A stretch of 64,000 nt of DNA from the human T2T-CHM13v2.0 reference genome, Homo sapiens. The stretch lies in assembly GCF_009914755.1 (NCBI RefSeq), contig NC_060940.1. One strand, written 5' to 3'. Positions within the stretch are counted from its first letter, which is position 1. Every line of letters begins with the position of its first letter. The translations under genes and the position numbers were made by a program. The notes under the pieces are model-generated. The model searched no databases. It saw nothing but the letters and a program-made list of their open reading frames with translations, and was not told the origin of the DNA. Positions 61,720 through 64,000 of this stretch are shown one piece after another.

Positions 61720-62500
61720 TTCTTCTGCCGAAAGACACCCCACTGCGCCCATCAAGATAAACTCTCAAGCTCTCAGTATAAAATACAAGGCACTTCATGA
61801 TTTGATCCCTTTTTTTTTGGTACGGAGTCTCACTCTGTCGCCAGGCTAGAGTGCATGGTCATGGTGCAATCTAGGCTCACTGCAACCTCCGCCTCCCAGA
61901 TTCAAGCGATTCTCGTGCGTCAGCCTCCAAAGTAGCTGGGATTACAGGCACGCACCACCACACCCAGGTAATTTTTTTTTTTGTATTTTTAGTAGAGACG
62001 GGGTTTCACCATGTTGGCCAGGATGGTCTTGATCTCCTGACCTCATGATCCACCCACCGTGGCCTCCCAAAGTGCTGGGATTACAGGTGTAAGCCACTGT
62101 GCCCAGCCCCTGATTTGATTTTTTACTTGTCAAGGTTTACCTCCCTGTCCCTGTGCCGTGGGCACCTTAGGCTCCTATTACACTGTACATTGTGCCCCAT
62201 GCAGTTCTTGTATCCAACTCCAGGTCATACATTCGCTTCCAAAATAACCATCCTCTTTGTCTAATTCCAACTTACTCTTGAAAGCTCTTGGGTCTCATCG
62301 AGACTGGAAAGATCTCCCTGGACCACCCTGTTCCAGGCGGTACTCCCACAAAGATGGCACTTTATGAACATTTTATGAACACTAAGGAGTTTGGCATAGA
62401 GTAGTTGCCCAGTAAACACTGAATTAATAAATGAATACAGGAATGAATGAATGATGAGTGATAGAGTAGAAACTCAACAAATATTTGTTGAATGAATCAA
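61720..62500 (+). mobile_element. L2 3' region with an AluS (-, 61810-62108)
   Basis: TGGCATAGAGTAG...CAACAAATATTTGTTGAATGAAT end; Alu dimer. Confidence 0.75.
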
Positions 62501-62569
62501 TTGGTTAAAAGCAAAAAATGTATTGCCTCATGTAACTAAAAAATCCAGGGTAAGAGCTGAATGTATGAA

Positions 62570-62905
62570 TAAATGGATAGATGAATGGATGGAAAGATGA
62601 ATGGATGGATGGAAAGATGGAAGAACTGATGAACAGATAGGTGGATGGATGGAGGGATAATGGATGAAAGGATGGATGGACAGATGGAAAGAAAGATGGA
62701 AGGACTGATGAACAGATGGGTGGATGGATGGATGGATAATGGATGAAAGGATGGATGGACAGATGGAAAGAAAGATGGAAGGACTGAAGAACAGATGGGT
62801 GGGTGGATGGATGCATGGATGATGGATAATGGATGGAAAGATGGATGGATAGATGGCTGGATGAAAGGAAGGAAGGAGGCATGGATGGATGATGGATGGA
62901 TAGAT
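62570..62905. repeat. GGAT-derived tandem array with a 79-bp higher-order period
   Basis: ACTGA(T/A)GAACAGAT recurs at 62625, 62704 and 62783. Confidence 0.9.
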
Positions 62906-64000
62906 ACGTTAACTAATAAACCTCTCCTCTTCCAGCAGTTTGGGAAGTTGGCCTTTGCAGGCCTGTTTTTCCAGAGGTTAAAGTTATATTTCAGTAGACA
63001 TAATCCTAACCACTTTTACCAGGCACTTTAGAAATTCTCGAACCTCAAAGGGAGACAGACGAGTGATGCTAGGCTCCAGTGGATAACGGGAATGTCCTTA
63101 AAAGGAAACTGAGTACTTTTTTCTGTTAGAGATTAACTTCCTAGTAAATTGCAGCATGCCTGCCACAGCTGGAGGTAGATGAAGAATTCTGTTTTTAAAA
63201 GCCCTCAGAGAACTTGAATTTAATTAAATGAGCATTTTATTCCATTCCAAAAGGAAGCAAAACAAACCACCCTGGTTCTGAACTTCGAAGGACCTAAAGC
63301 TTCCTTCCTTTGATTTGGTAAAAAGCTGAGTGAGCTCTGCCCCTCAGGAGCTAGTGAAATAAGGGCAGCCCCACCTCAAAGCCTCACCACCAGCTGCGAA
63401 CTCTTTCCATAGAGTCCTGAGTGTGGACATTGCAAGCAGCTCTCACCATGCACAGTCCTGTTTTGCAAGGTAAATTTCCACTAGTAGGGAGGAGGGAGAA
63501 AAACAGAGTTGTCTTAAAAAAAAAAAAAATTGAAAGGAGTTCCCAGAGCTTGGCCTATCCCCAGTAAGCTGTGCAAAGAGGCCCCAAACTTCCTGATCCC
63601 CAGCTGCAAGCCCAGGCCTGTTTCCTGGCCTGCAGCAAGCTTAGCACCCCTGGGACAGGGCAGGGCTTTGGGCCAGCTGACAGGGCCCCCATCCCTCCTG
63701 CTCCTCCAGGCTCTGCTGAAGCAAAGGGAAGCTCTGTAGTCAATTTCAGGCTGAACTGCTTTGCTTTTTGTGCCTCCTTCCTTATTTTTTCCTCACCGCA
63801 GTTGCCTTATTGCTCAAAAGAATCTCAATCAGTTTCTCAGGTTTTTATGGCCAAAAAGAAGGGTCCTTTGCAGCACCTTACTGCTTCGCCCTCCCTTTCT
63901 CCCTCCCTGCCTCATCCCTCATTCCTCCAACTTCCTCGATTTCTTCCTTTCCTTCTCGCCCACCCTCTCCCCATTTTTCTCTTCCTCCCTCCTCCCTACC

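Noticed and set aside
62570-62905. Periodic repeat superficially like a repeat-spacer array
   Set aside because: Units are tandem degenerate GGAT with no unique spacers; eukaryotic satellite, not CRISPR.

Overview
Primate (human-like) genomic DNA with no supportable intact protein-coding gene. Most of the window is interspersed repeat: about 55 Alu/FLAM/FRAM copies, L1 fragments of several ages, L2/MIR, MaLR and ERV1 solo LTRs, and hAT/Tigger/mariner DNA-transposon relics. Nearly all ORFs in the track are Alu, L1 or low-complexity artefacts. Three are informative: a 478-aa L1 ORF2 C-terminal remnant, a hAT transposase dimerisation-domain relic, and the start of a decayed processed MTCH2 pseudogene (minus strand, ~32011-33048). 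I found no new coding system. The most unusual signal is structural. (i) Several short local templated duplications occur within 1-4 kb of their donors, including a 325-bp 98.5%-identical inverted Alu-plus-flank copy with fold-back junction scars, whose donor Alu sits inside an older inverted duplication. (ii) L1-type retrocopies of non-L1 RNA are present: a polyadenylated MER51 LTR fragment with TSDs, and a 1.8-kb mosaic of ancient repeats inserted with a 14-bp TSD into a younger LTR. (iii) Two repeat-free, homeodomain-motif-rich islands (~10.5-10.9 kb and ~35.1-36.3 kb) are enhancer candidates. Repeat family names come from my recall of consensus sequences, not from a search, and repeat boundaries are approximate.
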